Virus record (IMG/VR): IMGVR_UViG_3300020276_000004
Coordinates: 1 to 30,553 of that record
Source of the DNA: a virus
Lineage: Duplodnaviria; Caudoviricetes
Reading direction: 5' to 3' (one strand)
Length of the DNA stretch: 30,553 nt
Part shown: piece by piece, positions 1 to 10,637 of the stretch
Numbering within the stretch: position 1 is the first letter of the stretch
Layout: each line of letters starts with the position of its first letter
Notes under the pieces: generated by a model
The model's database searches: none
The model's input: the letters and a program-made list of their open reading frames with translations, nothing else
Told to the model about the DNA's origin: nothing
Position numbers and translations under genes: made by a program

Positions 1-399
1 TGCAAGATTAGAAAGCCTTGCTCCTAAACCCTCCCAGTTGTTCTGAGAGTTTTTGATAATAGATGAGTTAGCCTTATCAACAGCTTCTTGAGCAATAAAG
101 AAGATTTGGTCTGCAGAATTATCAAGGTCTGACTCTGAGAGAACAGAACCATCTTGGAAATCAACAACTCGACTTGCGTTAGGGGTTTGTCTCTCAATTC
201 TTATGGCTGTTCCGTTGGGTGGATGAGATACAAAATCAATTGTATTTGCATCTGTAAAATCCCAATCAGCAGGTCTAGTCTTTTCTACACCACCTACAAA
301 GACTTTAATATCGCTTTGGTTTAGATAACTAAAGTTAAACGATATATCTTGTGCAGGGTCACCATTAGATGTGATTTCTTTGATTGATAATAATGTCAT
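1..399 (-). CDS. Tail fibre protein, N-terminal T7 gp17-like attachment domain (runs off the left edge)
   Basis: Not in the ORF track. Manual translation MTLLSIKEITSNGDPAQDISFNFSYLNQSDIKVFVGGV...IRIERQTPNASRVVDFQDGSVLSESDLDNSADQIFFIAQEA matches the gp17 N-terminal pattern (F.YL....V.V; R.T.....VDF.DGS.L...DL). RBS AAGGAG; follows the gp16-like gene. Confidence 0.9.
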   Translation of the reverse strand, partial: MTLLSIKEITSNGDPAQDISFNFSYLNQSDIKVFVGGVEKTRPADWDFTDANTIDFVSHPPNGTAIRIERQTPNASRVVDFQDGSVLSESDLDNSADQIFFIAQEAVDKANSSIIKNSQNNWEGLGARLSNLA

Positions 400-407
400 A
401 TTGCTCC

Positions 408-3400
408 TTACCTATTTGACTCTAAAAATTGTTCTAGATAATTTATTCCAGTAGCTTTACTTCTTTTTGAAAGGAATATCTTCTCTCTTAGTGATGGATG
501 TGTTTTCATTAATTCTGCTCTAGCAGCACTTCTATATTTAGAAAAAATGTCAGATATCATTTTTATTTCTGGTGATGCAAACATTCCGTCATAAATTCTA
601 TCTGGGTCATCTTTCCTATACATAGAACTATCCATTGCTCTTTTTACAGTTTGAAGTAATGTTTTTCCATTAATTTTTATTGTACCCATAAATCTATTAA
701 AATCAGAAAATTCTTGAGTAGTTAATTCGACTTTATTTATTTTCTTTGGAACTCCTTGAAACCCATAATTTAAATCAAGTAGTTCTGTTGCTATTTCATC
801 TGAAAAATTATCTGGTTTTATTGGAAAGCCAGTTGACATAGGGTCATAGTTCAATAAAGGTTCACCAGTTAACCAATTGTATTTTGCAGGTAATTCTTCA
901 TTTAATTTAGGAAGTCTTCTACGAACTTTATCACTTAAACCAATAGCTTCTCTTAAAGGTGCATATTCACTTTCAGAAAAACCATATTCATTATAACTAC
1001 TACTAAAGAACATTTCAGTTAATTGTTGTGGTGCAGCAGGAATAAAAGATGCAACTGTATTTTCTCCAAAGGCTCTCAAGTCTGTAATTCTATCTGGGTT
1101 TGATTCAGAGATAGCACTAAGTAGATTTGTTATACCTTGAAAGTATGCCTTATCTTGTAGCACAGTAGACATACCATATATTGTAGCAACTATAGCATTT
1201 TCTGATGCATCAAAATCTTGAGCCTCTGCTAAGTTTGCCATTGCCCCTACTGGCATAAATAAAGGGTCAAGTCTATTGTAGCCAATCCAGTTACCTCCCA
1301 CTTTTATTGAGTAAGGCTGATTACCTGCCATTCTCCATAATCTATTTTGTTGTGGGTCTGGTGGTCCACCTCCAGTTACTCTTCCCTCTGATATAAGAGA
1401 AAAGATTCCAAAACCAATTGCTGATGAAGTAGTCAATCTACCAATAGCTAAAGCTTTTTGCTCTGGTGTACCATTAACTATATCATTTCTCATTCTTTTG
1501 CTTAATAAAGCTAGAGGTCCACTTCTTTGGGCTGCTCTAATAATTAAGTTACTTGGTGTTCTAACAAAAGGTAAGAACAATTGTAATGCAGGTGTTTGAT
1601 TAGCTAGTCGTTGTATATTTTTAAATAAAGCTATTTCTAAATCTTCAGTAAAAGTAATTTGTCTAGCATACTGCAAAGCTTCTTTGTTTGTAGCCATTCC
1701 GTTTGAGTCAAATGCATCATCTACTTTTTTTAATGCATATTTTTTTAAAGCTTCGCCTTTTTGACCCATTTCTAAGCCCTCAAGGTAACCATCTGAAAAT
1801 ATCTTAGCACGATAATTAATCTGCTTAATAAATTCATCCTCAGAACCTAATAGTCTTAGTGACCCTCTGGTTGTTTTTCCAATACTGTCCACAAATGAGC
1901 CTAGCTTACCTTTTGACATATTTAGATATTCAGAGGTAAGTTTGTTAATATCTTGATGTTCAAGCTGTCTGTTTAAAGGGTCAAGAATATTTCTTTCATT
2001 CTTAAAAGCTTGTTTAGCAAAGTATAAAGCTTGTTTTCTAGCTAAAGATACTCCCATATAATGTGCTTTGATTTGATTTGTTAATTGCTTATATTCAGCA
2101 GCATCTATTTGTCCAGTCACTCTTGCAAATATTGCTCCTACTCTTTTTTCCAAAGGAACAAACCCAGTCTCAACAATACCAGACAAAGTATTAGTTATAT
2201 GTGTTTTTAAGTTGAACAGAATCATACTTCTAAATAACTCTGACAATACTGCTTGGCTTTTATGTAGACCACTAGGTTCTAGTAGTTTCATATTTTTACC
2301 AAAGTCTCTCATATTAGAAGATGAGTTAGATAAAGCAAACTTAAATTTCTTTAGTGCCTCTTTTCCACCCAACGCATCTTCAGCAGCTTTAAATCCAGTA
2401 ATTATAGAATCTGTGTCCATAATTTTTTCTCTCTGCATTCTTAATGCTCTACCAATAGGGGCTTGTATCATTTTAGATGCAGCAAGATATTTTTGTAAAG
2501 CTTCAGTCTCTTCAATAAATTTTCTTTCTAATAATAATTTTTCATTAGCATCTTTTGCAGCAGAGTCAGCTTTAGCAATATTCTTTAAAGTATTTAACTG
2601 GTTTGCAACTTTTGATTGTATACCAATAAGAGCAGACTGTGCTTGTTCAATCCCTTTTCCATAAGTGTATGCAATCTTTTCCCAATCCTTTGCTTTAGTT
2701 CCAGTCATATCTTGTAAGAACTTAGCAGACTCTTGAAAAGCTTCTTCTATACTCTGTTTATTTTTTATACCTTTTAATGTTGGTGCTAAAGTTTTTATAG
2801 ACTCATTAATTACATTAACCATTTCGTCAGTTGCATCATTTGCAAACCTTGAGAAATACTTATCGTCTTTTTTAGTATGGTTAGTAAAATTCATTATATT
2901 CTTTTGAGAATTAAGAGCAAGTTTCAAAGACTTAGGGTCTTTTATAGATTTCTTTAAATTTTCTACTAATTGAGTATTTATAGCTTTTGGTGTTGCAACT
3001 TTTTTAATACCACTTGTTTTAGTGTCTTTTACTTTTACTTTTGTAGTATTTCTAAGTTTTTCTGTATCTTTAACAACCTTATTTAATTTATCTAGTATTT
3101 CTTTTTTTGTAGTCTTTGTATTATATTTAATACCTAACTCATCAGCAGATTTTTTTAACCAATCTCTATTCTTAGATTTTAGATAGTCTCTAGTTTGCAT
3201 ACCATCTTTAGCTGCTTGTTGCTCTACATTTTCAGTAAACAATTCTTTTGTATTTTTTAAATCTGTTTGCTTACCTTCTTCTTTTAACTTTTGTTCTTTT
3301 TCAGCAGCTTTAAATTTCTTTTGTTTTTCAGCAGCTTTTTTCTCTCTAGCTTTTACAGTTTTTTCTTGGTTTTTCTTTATAGCCTCATCAGTTACTGCAT

Positions 3401-4208
3401 CTGGCTCAGTATCTTTACCTGCTCCTCTCCCTTTAATTTTTGTAGCAAGTTTTAGTACTCCCTCAAATATACCACCAAGAGCAATGTCTTCAACAGCAGC
3501 TTTAAATCTATTTAATGCTTGTCCATCTGTTGGGTCAGATGCTAACCATTCATTTACTGGATTCGCTAACGCAGGATTTTCTTGGATTATATCTGACAAT
3601 CTTTTTGCATAAGGGTCGTGGGCAACACTAGCAGATACAGCAGATTTAAACATACTACTACCTACTCTAGTATCTAAACCTTTCTCTACTGCTTTTGCAG
3701 CTTTGTTAATACCCTTACCAGTTACTTTACCTAGTTTTTGAACTGTTTCAAAGTCACTACCTTTTAATGGTTTACTAGCCCCATAATATCTAGCTGCTCT
3801 TGTTCCTGCTTTTGCAGCCTTTAAAGCTACACCCCCTGGCAAAATATAACCACCTATAAACTGTGTTAAGTCTTGAGCAACTTGTCCTGCTGTTGAACTA
3901 GGAGCATCAATCCAATCAGATACTCCTGCAATATTTTCTCCCTCAGTTAAGTCATCCATAAAACCATCTGCCTCATCATTACCAAAGATATACTTTTGTA
4001 CTAACTCTAATCCAGAGTCTGCAGTAGAGCCAATAAAATCAATAGTTTCATCAGCAGCTTTAAGAACACCTCTTGCTGCTCCAGAAGTAATATCTCCAAC
4101 TGTTTCAAGAAAAGGAGCATCTTCTTGTAAAACTGTGTTTTCTTCTATTTCCTTTTTTTTGAAAGTGTTGCGAATTCGTTCTATCTCTTCTCTAGTTAAT
4201 TCTTCCAT
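408..4208 (-). CDS. Large internal virion/ejection protein (T7 gp16 positional equivalent)
   Basis: 1266 aa; RBS AAGGAG; last core gene before the tail fibre; C-terminal PFVRTP.N, G..TG.GP, QPYSIK.G..W..Y.R.DP motifs typical of large podophage ejection proteins. Confidence 0.8.
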   Translation of the reverse strand: MEELTREEIERIRNTFKKKEIEENTVLQEDAPFLETVGDITSGAARGVLKAADETIDFIGSTADSGLELVQKYIFGNDEADGFMDDLTEGENIAGVSDWIDAPSSTAGQVAQDLTQFIGGYILPGGVALKAAKAGTRAARYYGASKPLKGSDFETVQKLGKVTGKGINKAAKAVEKGLDTRVGSSMFKSAVSASVAHDPYAKRLSDIIQENPALANPVNEWLASDPTDGQALNRFKAAVEDIALGGIFEGVLKLATKIKGRGAGKDTEPDAVTDEAIKKNQEKTVKAREKKAAEKQKKFKAAEKEQKLKEEGKQTDLKNTKELFTENVEQQAAKDGMQTRDYLKSKNRDWLKKSADELGIKYNTKTTKKEILDKLNKVVKDTEKLRNTTKVKVKDTKTSGIKKVATPKAINTQLVENLKKSIKDPKSLKLALNSQKNIMNFTNHTKKDDKYFSRFANDATDEMVNVINESIKTLAPTLKGIKNKQSIEEAFQESAKFLQDMTGTKAKDWEKIAYTYGKGIEQAQSALIGIQSKVANQLNTLKNIAKADSAAKDANEKLLLERKFIEETEALQKYLAASKMIQAPIGRALRMQREKIMDTDSIITGFKAAEDALGGKEALKKFKFALSNSSSNMRDFGKNMKLLEPSGLHKSQAVLSELFRSMILFNLKTHITNTLSGIVETGFVPLEKRVGAIFARVTGQIDAAEYKQLTNQIKAHYMGVSLARKQALYFAKQAFKNERNILDPLNRQLEHQDINKLTSEYLNMSKGKLGSFVDSIGKTTRGSLRLLGSEDEFIKQINYRAKIFSDGYLEGLEMGQKGEALKKYALKKVDDAFDSNGMATNKEALQYARQITFTEDLEIALFKNIQRLANQTPALQLFLPFVRTPSNLIIRAAQRSGPLALLSKRMRNDIVNGTPEQKALAIGRLTTSSAIGFGIFSLISEGRVTGGGPPDPQQNRLWRMAGNQPYSIKVGGNWIGYNRLDPLFMPVGAMANLAEAQDFDASENAIVATIYGMSTVLQDKAYFQGITNLLSAISESNPDRITDLRAFGENTVASFIPAAPQQLTEMFFSSSYNEYGFSESEYAPLREAIGLSDKVRRRLPKLNEELPAKYNWLTGEPLLNYDPMSTGFPIKPDNFSDEIATELLDLNYGFQGVPKKINKVELTTQEFSDFNRFMGTIKINGKTLLQTVKRAMDSSMYRKDDPDRIYDGMFASPEIKMISDIFSKYRSAARAELMKTHPSLREKIFLSKRSKATGINYLEQFLESNR
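1876..1891 (-). promoter_or_regulatory. Candidate phage RNAP promoter, TGGACAGTATTGGAAA
   Basis: 16-bp exact copy of the intergenic sequence at 16286-16301; same orientation as transcription. Confidence 0.45.
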
Positions 4209-4221
4209 AGCTACTCCTTAT

Positions 4222-6270
4222 CTAAAATAATTCTTTGTATTTTTCATAGGTTAAAATAATATCTTTCATTGGTAAATCATCTATTGGTAACATAGGCACT
4301 TGTTTTGGGTCTTTACCAGTAAGATTTTGATTTAGTACTTGTATTGTATTGTTCTTATCTTTTCTATTAGCAATCATCATTCTATAAAAATTAGTATTAC
4401 GAATACCTTTTGATATACTCTGTAACCTACTAACCACCATTCCATAATCGTGTGTATTTTGTTTACCTTGTTCTTCTAAAAGTAATTTTCTATCTAAAGT
4501 ATTCAGATAATTACTTATTAGCCCTACACCTCTTGAATATTGAGATTTCATAGCTGCAGGAGAATTATCTTGTTTTAAATCTGGGTTTTCCCAAAAGTAA
4601 TCTTTCTTTTCAAGTAATATACTCCTTTGCTCAACTTCTGCTATTTTAGCTGTATGATTTTTTCTAAATTCATTAATTTTTCTATTAAATTCTATTGCTG
4701 CATCTTCTTTCGAGATTTCTTTATTTGCTACTTTTCTCATAAGACTTTGTGCTTCAAGTGTAGCATCCTTACGAATTTGTTCTCCATATTGAAACATTTC
4801 AGTATTATAAGTTTCATTTAGATGCGAATAACTCTCTGCCTTTGTAAAGTCTTTAATTAATTTACCCAAATTTTTACTTGGGTCAATTGAGTCAAAGATG
4901 CCCTCTTCTGCTTTATCTATTGCTTCTCTGTAATTAGCATACACTACTGGGTCAAGTCTATTATTTTCATTAGCAGTTTCAAGTTCTGTTCTTGCTTCAT
5001 CAAACTTATAATCTCTGTATATAAGGTTATTTAGACTTTCTGTTGTATCTTGGTCATTAATAATCTCATTTGGATTTGTAATAAAGTTTTTCAAATGTTT
5101 AAATGTTGTATCGCCTAGTTCAGTTGAATTAACTGTCCAATAATTATAAGCATCTTTTATATCTTTTGGTATACTTTCATCAGTTGCAAATGTTGATAAA
5201 TTAAAATTTACTGTTGGGTTATCTGTAACATATTTTTTAATTTTTGCAGCAGCTTTTCTTCCCTCTTCTATTCTAAGTTTTTTTTCATTAGTAAGTTTTT
5301 TAGATTGGTCTTCAAGTGCTTCTTTTTGAACCCCCTCCCACCAGTCTTCTAATGTGTCTCTTTTGTAATCACCAAACTTTCCCTCTTTGCCTCTTAATTC
5401 TAGTAATCCTTTTCTATATAAATGTTCAGCTAATTGTGTATTTCCATCGTCATATTCATCTTCTATTTCAGCTTTAAACATTTGTTCTGCTGCATCTAAA
5501 ACTTCCTTTGGGTCATTACCCTCTGTAATATAAGTTTGAATTTTTGAATTAACTCCTTTAAGATACTCCCCAGTAACTGTATCTCTTTGTAAAGGGTCAG
5601 TTATACCACTTATACTAGTTAAATAACTATTGTGTACTGCTGTTAACCCTTTCATAAAATTCATTTTGTTTTCGTCTTTTATTTGTCCAACTCTAAAAGC
5701 TGTATGTTTCTGAAGTGTGTTTTGTTCAAACTGTCTAACTGGAGTCATAAAGTGTGACTCTAAAACATCTGGTGCAAAACCCTCTAATCCATTGGCTTTT
5801 ATAAACTCTGCTTTTTTACTTGCCATCCAATTAAAAAGAGAATTACCATCAGCAGTAACTTCATTCTTTTGTTTCTCATAATCAATTGCTAAAGACTCTC
5901 CAAACTTATAAGCTTCAGAAGCTAATAGATTTTTAGCAAAACCTCGTACCCAAAACGGAGATTCAACTTCACTCATCTTACCACTTTTAATATCAGCTAA
6001 AGCTTTCTTTCTGTCTTCTGGAGACATTAAATCATATTCTTTTTGCCCTGCTGCAAATTCTGTATCAGAAGCAACTTTTGAAATTCTGTCTCCATATTTT
6101 TCTAAAGCAGGATTAACCATTTTTAACGCATTAATAATTCCTGCTACTGCTTCATTTTCTGGTGGTGTTTGTTTTATTGGGCGATAATATGTATCTATTG
6201 GTGTAGCTGCAGGTTGTATGTTACCACCAAAATTTGCTAAGTTTCTTCTATTTACAATTGTTCTGCTCAT
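4222..6270 (-). CDS. Internal virion protein (gp15 positional equivalent)
   Basis: 682 aa, helical-looking; N-terminal 'QPAATPIDTYYRP...ALKMVNPAL' style; lies between the gp14-like and gp16-like genes. Confidence 0.7.
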   Translation of the reverse strand: MSRTIVNRRNLANFGGNIQPAATPIDTYYRPIKQTPPENEAVAGIINALKMVNPALEKYGDRISKVASDTEFAAGQKEYDLMSPEDRKKALADIKSGKMSEVESPFWVRGFAKNLLASEAYKFGESLAIDYEKQKNEVTADGNSLFNWMASKKAEFIKANGLEGFAPDVLESHFMTPVRQFEQNTLQKHTAFRVGQIKDENKMNFMKGLTAVHNSYLTSISGITDPLQRDTVTGEYLKGVNSKIQTYITEGNDPKEVLDAAEQMFKAEIEDEYDDGNTQLAEHLYRKGLLELRGKEGKFGDYKRDTLEDWWEGVQKEALEDQSKKLTNEKKLRIEEGRKAAAKIKKYVTDNPTVNFNLSTFATDESIPKDIKDAYNYWTVNSTELGDTTFKHLKNFITNPNEIINDQDTTESLNNLIYRDYKFDEARTELETANENNRLDPVVYANYREAIDKAEEGIFDSIDPSKNLGKLIKDFTKAESYSHLNETYNTEMFQYGEQIRKDATLEAQSLMRKVANKEISKEDAAIEFNRKINEFRKNHTAKIAEVEQRSILLEKKDYFWENPDLKQDNSPAAMKSQYSRGVGLISNYLNTLDRKLLLEEQGKQNTHDYGMVVSRLQSISKGIRNTNFYRMMIANRKDKNNTIQVLNQNLTGKDPKQVPMLPIDDLPMKDIILTYEKYKELF

Positions 6271-6273
6271 ATT

Positions 6274-6918
6274 TTATGGTCCTCCAGTATTGTATACATC
6301 TGGTAAATACCCTCCAGTTCTTTCCATATATTTATCATAACCTGCAAATAAATCTCCTCCTATTTGTAAACCAGTACCGATGATTGTATTTGTAAGACTA
6401 GGCATAACTCCTTGAGGTACACTTTGTATTCTTCCAATAGCTTTTTGATAAATACCCTCATTTCTATTTTGTAAGTCTTTATTTACATACTCAAAGTTTC
6501 TGTTAATTGTTTGCTCGTTGTTAAGTGACATTCTCTCTATATCAGCAAGTAGTAAAACTTCTGAAAGACCTGCAACATTAGAGTCTCCTCCTGCTGCTAA
6601 GAAAGTGCCCATAGTCTGAGCCTCTTTAATTTTATTTTCTCTTAGTAGCTGTGATGCTCTTAAATCTTCTTGTCTTTGTCTTTCTATAATTCCTCTGCTT
6701 TCAGTAAGCATAGCTTGTTGTACAAGAACTTTGTTTGCATCAAATTGTTGTTGCTGAAACTGTGCTGCTGCTTTTTTATCTTGGTATCCTTGATACTGTG
6801 TCATCAAGGTCATACCAGTAGAAACAACTCCACCTACAATAGTTACTCCTAAAGATGTTGCTGCTGCTGTAGATGCCCCTGCTCCTAAAAACAATCCTCC
6901 TATTGCTGCAAAACACAT
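6274..6918 (-). CDS. Internal virion protein B (gp14-like)
   Basis: Starts MCFAAIGG with a Gly/Ala hydrophobic stretch (T7 gp14 starts MCWAAA), then a Gln-rich coiled region; position after gp13-like gene. Confidence 0.75.
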   Translation of the reverse strand: MCFAAIGGLFLGAGASTAAATSLGVTIVGGVVSTGMTLMTQYQGYQDKKAAAQFQQQQFDANKVLVQQAMLTESRGIIERQRQEDLRASQLLRENKIKEAQTMGTFLAAGGDSNVAGLSEVLLLADIERMSLNNEQTINRNFEYVNKDLQNRNEGIYQKAIGRIQSVPQGVMPSLTNTIIGTGLQIGGDLFAGYDKYMERTGGYLPDVYNTGGP

Positions 6919-6923
6919 ATAAA

Positions 6924-7385
6924 TTAACTCCTTATTTTTATAAATTCATAGAATGGTTTTTTACCTACTCCGTGTTCTTTATCTAAATTAACAAAAGAAA
7001 ATCCTAAGTACTTTAACCATTTTATTGCTTTAGTATTATCAGCACTAACAAAATTAGTTAGTATCATATACCTTAACATAGTCGAGTCAATCCATTGTTT
7101 ACTTTGAATAAGAAACTGTCTGGCTATTTTATTTTGATAAATTCTTTCGCTAGACAACATCCACGGAACACCAAGTTCACCGAACTTAGCTACACCGAAC
7201 ATTCCTATAATGTCCTTATTATCATCAATCATTGTATTCGATTCTTCAGATGAACCCATACAATAAGCTAAAGCAGGTAAAGGTTCTAATCCGTGAGATG
7301 CCATTACTTCATCTCTATCTGCTTGTCTTACATCTGGGGCTAGTCTGTTAATATCCTCAAGACAACTTGGTCTGTAGTGAGCCAT
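6924..7385 (-). CDS. Internal virion protein A (gp13-like, acyltransferase-like fold)
   Basis: R.AD..E..A, GMFGV, PWMLSS, L.N.V...N..AIKWLK.LGF motifs; directly after tail tube B. Confidence 0.85.
   Translation of the reverse strand: MAHYRPSCLEDINRLAPDVRQADRDEVMASHGLEPLPALAYCMGSSEESNTMIDDNKDIIGMFGVAKFGELGVPWMLSSERIYQNKIARQFLIQSKQWIDSTMLRYMILTNFVSADNTKAIKWLKYLGFSFVNLDKEHGVGKKPFYEFIKIRS
7203..7215 (-). promoter_or_regulatory. Candidate phage RNAP promoter variant GGACATTATAGGA
   Basis: Matches GGACANTATWGGA; inside gp13-like gene, upstream of the core genes. Confidence 0.35.
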
Positions 7386-9700
7386 TACAATCTCCTAGAA
7401 CGCAGAGTATAGAAACCCTCCCACTCAGCAGACTGAAATATGCAGGGGAGAAAGCTATTACTTTCAATCTCAACTTTTACAGAGTCTGCTCTAGATAAAA
7501 CTGGAAAAGAAAAAGTACCACTATCTATTGACACCTTTCCTATCACATTGTTCAAGCTACCAATATTTCTACCAGTAAATCGTCTAGTTTTTGTTGCTCG
7601 TTTATCTGGTGTTACTTTACATTCAAAGAACCCACTATCGTTATATACAATGTTCCAGTTCTTAATAGATAATCTACCAATAGTTATTGGAGCATTATCT
7701 CTTTTAATTACTTGTTCAGAGAACTCATATTTAAATGTAAAAGGTATACCTGCATAAACAACTTTATTAGCAGCTAAATCAGTTGCTACTTGAGATTGTG
7801 TTATTTGTTGTCCGTCTTGTCTAACATAAATAGTATTTGAATCTGTATAAGGTACAGTAGTTGTACCACCACTTGTTAATTTTACTCGTCTATCTAATAA
7901 AATAGGATGATTAGCATCTGTTACATCAACTGCTTCATCTTTAGATAAATTTATTTTTTCTAAACAAACATCTGTTCCTCTTTTAATTAGAATAAAAATT
8001 TCTGACAAGTTAAAATCTACATTCAATAAGCTTCCATCAAACTTCCATTTTGACCAAGCTGACTGTAATTTATCTGTGGCACTCCAATAATACTTGTATA
8101 CATAAAGAGTGTCAGAAGAATCATCAGTAAGAAGTAATAATGCATCTTCATTGGATGATGCTTTAAGTGAAATAACCTCGCCTTGAATATAAGATGGGAT
8201 GTGAGCAGTAATATCAGCAGCATCATTAACTGTGTTTGTATTTGATGAATTGTCAACAAAGTACTCTCGTACACCAGAGAACTTACCTCTATTAGTTGGA
8301 AAGAAAACATATTTACCTGCTCCTACTGGCTTGGCTCTTAGACTAGCCTCAAATTGTGTTGTTACATCAATAGAAACTGTATCTGGGGCTAAGAACTGTT
8401 CTGCTCTTAAAACAAACTGAGTCAAGTCAGAAAATAATAATAATTGTTCGGAAAATGGTACTGCGTGTCTAAGAATTGACACTTGATTATTTGAGACTGC
8501 TACATCAATAGGAGCAGAATCTACAAATGTAATTACAGTATTTTGAAAGAAATTAAAGTATTCGCCAACTTCTGAAAGAATAACATTTTCATCAGATAGC
8601 ATTCCTAGTCTATTTCTGTGAAAGAATAAATCATTTACTTTAAAACCAGTAAAAGATGGAAAGGGGTTTGTGTCATCATCACCTGCTTTTCTATCTTTCC
8701 AAGATGCTTGTGTAAATAAAAAAGTTCCATCAGCTTGTCTAATAAGTTGATGAGGCATTGTTGTTTTATCAAAATTAATTTCTAAGTCTGGTGCTACTCT
8801 TTCTTTCCATACTAATTGACCATTACCATCTGGGTCACTAAGTTGTACATAATAATCATCTTGTCCTTTTTCATTGTCACCTATAACTTCTATAAGAAAT
8901 CCCTCTTTACCTCTTGGTGGTAAGTCATCAAAGTTAGCTGTCTGTCCTTTAAAAGCATAAATAAAAGTATCACCTCTAGAATCAGAAGCTTCTACTTCAA
9001 ATGCAGCATTATCATCTCTTTTTACATAAAAAACATTATCTAATAATTCTGTAGTAAATCCTGCAGGTAAAACTCCAGTAAGAGTTGTAGCTAAGTCTGA
9101 CATAATAGTATTAGTTCTCACATCTCCTTGGTTAGATGCAACTGAACTATCTAAAGTTGTTTTACTAGCTGAATAAGTTGTACCTTGATATTTTACTCTT
9201 ATAGTAAAGTCAGTTTTATAATCACCTTGCCTTACATAAAACATAGCCTCTTCTGGTCTTACTGGTGATTTATTTGTTGTATCTTTTGCTACTACTTTAT
9301 TTTTATTAACAATAAAAGTAAAATCAGCTATTGTTGTTGCCGTTAATTCTTTTGATGGGTCAGTTAATCCACTAAGATAACTTATTGCTCCACTTGGACT
9401 TTCTGTAACTGTTTGTTCTAAGCCATTTTTGTCGTATACTTTTAATACATTATTTGTTATTACTAATATATAAAACTCATTCTCATCTCTACGAATTGTA
9501 TGAATAAAACCACTTTCTATATTTGATGGAACATTAGATAAAGTTTTTATGTGTTCACTACTAGGTCTTTTTTTTAATCCATCTACAACAGTTGAAAAAC
9601 CATTTTCTTGTATTTCTGCTTGAGTTTTAAGTCTTAGAGATGGAGGCTGTTGAGATACACCATTGATAAGGTTTGGGATTGATGCAGATACTAGAGCCAT
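7385..9700 (-). CDS. Tail tubular protein B (gp12-like nozzle)
   Basis: MALVSASIPNLINGVSQQP...GLKKRP, PFPSF.G, FHRNRLG.LS.ENVI.S, QSAWSKW, SAEWEG C-terminus. Confidence 0.95.
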   Translation of the reverse strand: MALVSASIPNLINGVSQQPPSLRLKTQAEIQENGFSTVVDGLKKRPSSEHIKTLSNVPSNIESGFIHTIRRDENEFYILVITNNVLKVYDKNGLEQTVTESPSGAISYLSGLTDPSKELTATTIADFTFIVNKNKVVAKDTTNKSPVRPEEAMFYVRQGDYKTDFTIRVKYQGTTYSASKTTLDSSVASNQGDVRTNTIMSDLATTLTGVLPAGFTTELLDNVFYVKRDDNAAFEVEASDSRGDTFIYAFKGQTANFDDLPPRGKEGFLIEVIGDNEKGQDDYYVQLSDPDGNGQLVWKERVAPDLEINFDKTTMPHQLIRQADGTFLFTQASWKDRKAGDDDTNPFPSFTGFKVNDLFFHRNRLGMLSDENVILSEVGEYFNFFQNTVITFVDSAPIDVAVSNNQVSILRHAVPFSEQLLLFSDLTQFVLRAEQFLAPDTVSIDVTTQFEASLRAKPVGAGKYVFFPTNRGKFSGVREYFVDNSSNTNTVNDAADITAHIPSYIQGEVISLKASSNEDALLLLTDDSSDTLYVYKYYWSATDKLQSAWSKWKFDGSLLNVDFNLSEIFILIKRGTDVCLEKINLSKDEAVDVTDANHPILLDRRVKLTSGGTTTVPYTDSNTIYVRQDGQQITQSQVATDLAANKVVYAGIPFTFKYEFSEQVIKRDNAPITIGRLSIKNWNIVYNDSGFFECKVTPDKRATKTRRFTGRNIGSLNNVIGKVSIDSGTFSFPVLSRADSVKVEIESNSFLPCIFQSAEWEGFYTLRSRRL

Positions 9701-10302
9701 TACAAGACACCCCCACCAGTTCTATCAAGAACAGAAACTACAGAATAGTTATCAAATATGGTGGTGTCTAACACTTGGTTGTCAGAGTCTTTTAATTCTA
9801 CTAATGCCATTAATTCATCTCTCTCTTGATAAATATGTAAGTCATTAGAAGAAACAACTCTGTCTTGAAAAATTCTAGCTGCTCTTATTGTTATATACCT
9901 ACGAGCAGCTTCTGGTAAATCTTCAAAATCTAATAGTACTACTGCATTCATCAAAACTTGTGTAATATCATCATCCATAAAAAATGAACTAGATGCTCTA
10001 TTATATAATTTTGTTCCTCGTTGTACAAGTTCTAATTTATCAGTTTTATCTTGAGCCATATCAATTCTTAAAATATTTGATGGTATTTGTATTTGTTTAT
10101 TTGTATCTGGCACAAACTGTCTTTTTAAGTCAGTATTAAAAGACCAACCCATAGACTGCACTTCACGATTTACAGAGTTAAGAATAGTTTCAGCTTGTTC
10201 AGCATCAACCAAACCAGAAGTAAGTGAGTTAACTGGACTCTCGCCAATAGCTGAGAGCATTGTATTTATAGCTTCAAGTTTAGTTGTTGTTGTCTGAGCC
10301 AT
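9700..10302 (-). CDS. Tail tubular protein A (gp11-like)
   Basis: LEAINTMLSAIGESPVNSL, VQSMGWSFN, F.DLPE.ARRYI..RAAR.FQ. Confidence 0.95.
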   Translation of the reverse strand: MAQTTTTKLEAINTMLSAIGESPVNSLTSGLVDAEQAETILNSVNREVQSMGWSFNTDLKRQFVPDTNKQIQIPSNILRIDMAQDKTDKLELVQRGTKLYNRASSSFFMDDDITQVLMNAVVLLDFEDLPEAARRYITIRAARIFQDRVVSSNDLHIYQERDELMALVELKDSDNQVLDTTIFDNYSVVSVLDRTGGGVL

Positions 10303-10637
10303 TATGCTTTATTCCTTTCTTTTGCATTTTTTGCTTGTTCAAGAAGTCTTCGACCTTTTGCTACTGCTGATGCTTTATCACCAGAGTGCCCCCAAGCTTC
10401 TAATGAGAGCTTCAATCTCGTCTTCTTCCCATCTTTGTTTAGTGGTCCTGCAGAAGACCCCATCCTCACTAGGAAAGAGCCTTTGCGTTTCTTTTTTTGT
10501 GGGCTATCTGCTGCACCTCCTACTGGTGCTTTTAAGTTACCACCAGTTTTTTTGTTATAAGATGCACGACCTTTTGCGTTAAGTCCTCCCTTTGGGTTTT
10601 GCCCCTCTTTTCGTTGCCACGCAGGTGTCCTAGCCAT
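10302..10637 (-). CDS. Small, very basic phage protein (resembles DUF6321 family)
   Basis: AWQRKEGQNPKGGLNAKGRASY...NLKAPV...SF..RM...GP...L.LSL.AW. Start moved to MARTP (10637), which overlaps an upstream TAA (TAATG). Confidence 0.75.
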   Translation of the reverse strand: MARTPAWQRKEGQNPKGGLNAKGRASYNKKTGGNLKAPVGGAADSPQKKKRKGSFLVRMGSSAGPLNKDGKKTRLKLSLEAWGHSGDKASAVAKGRRLLEQAKNAKERNKA

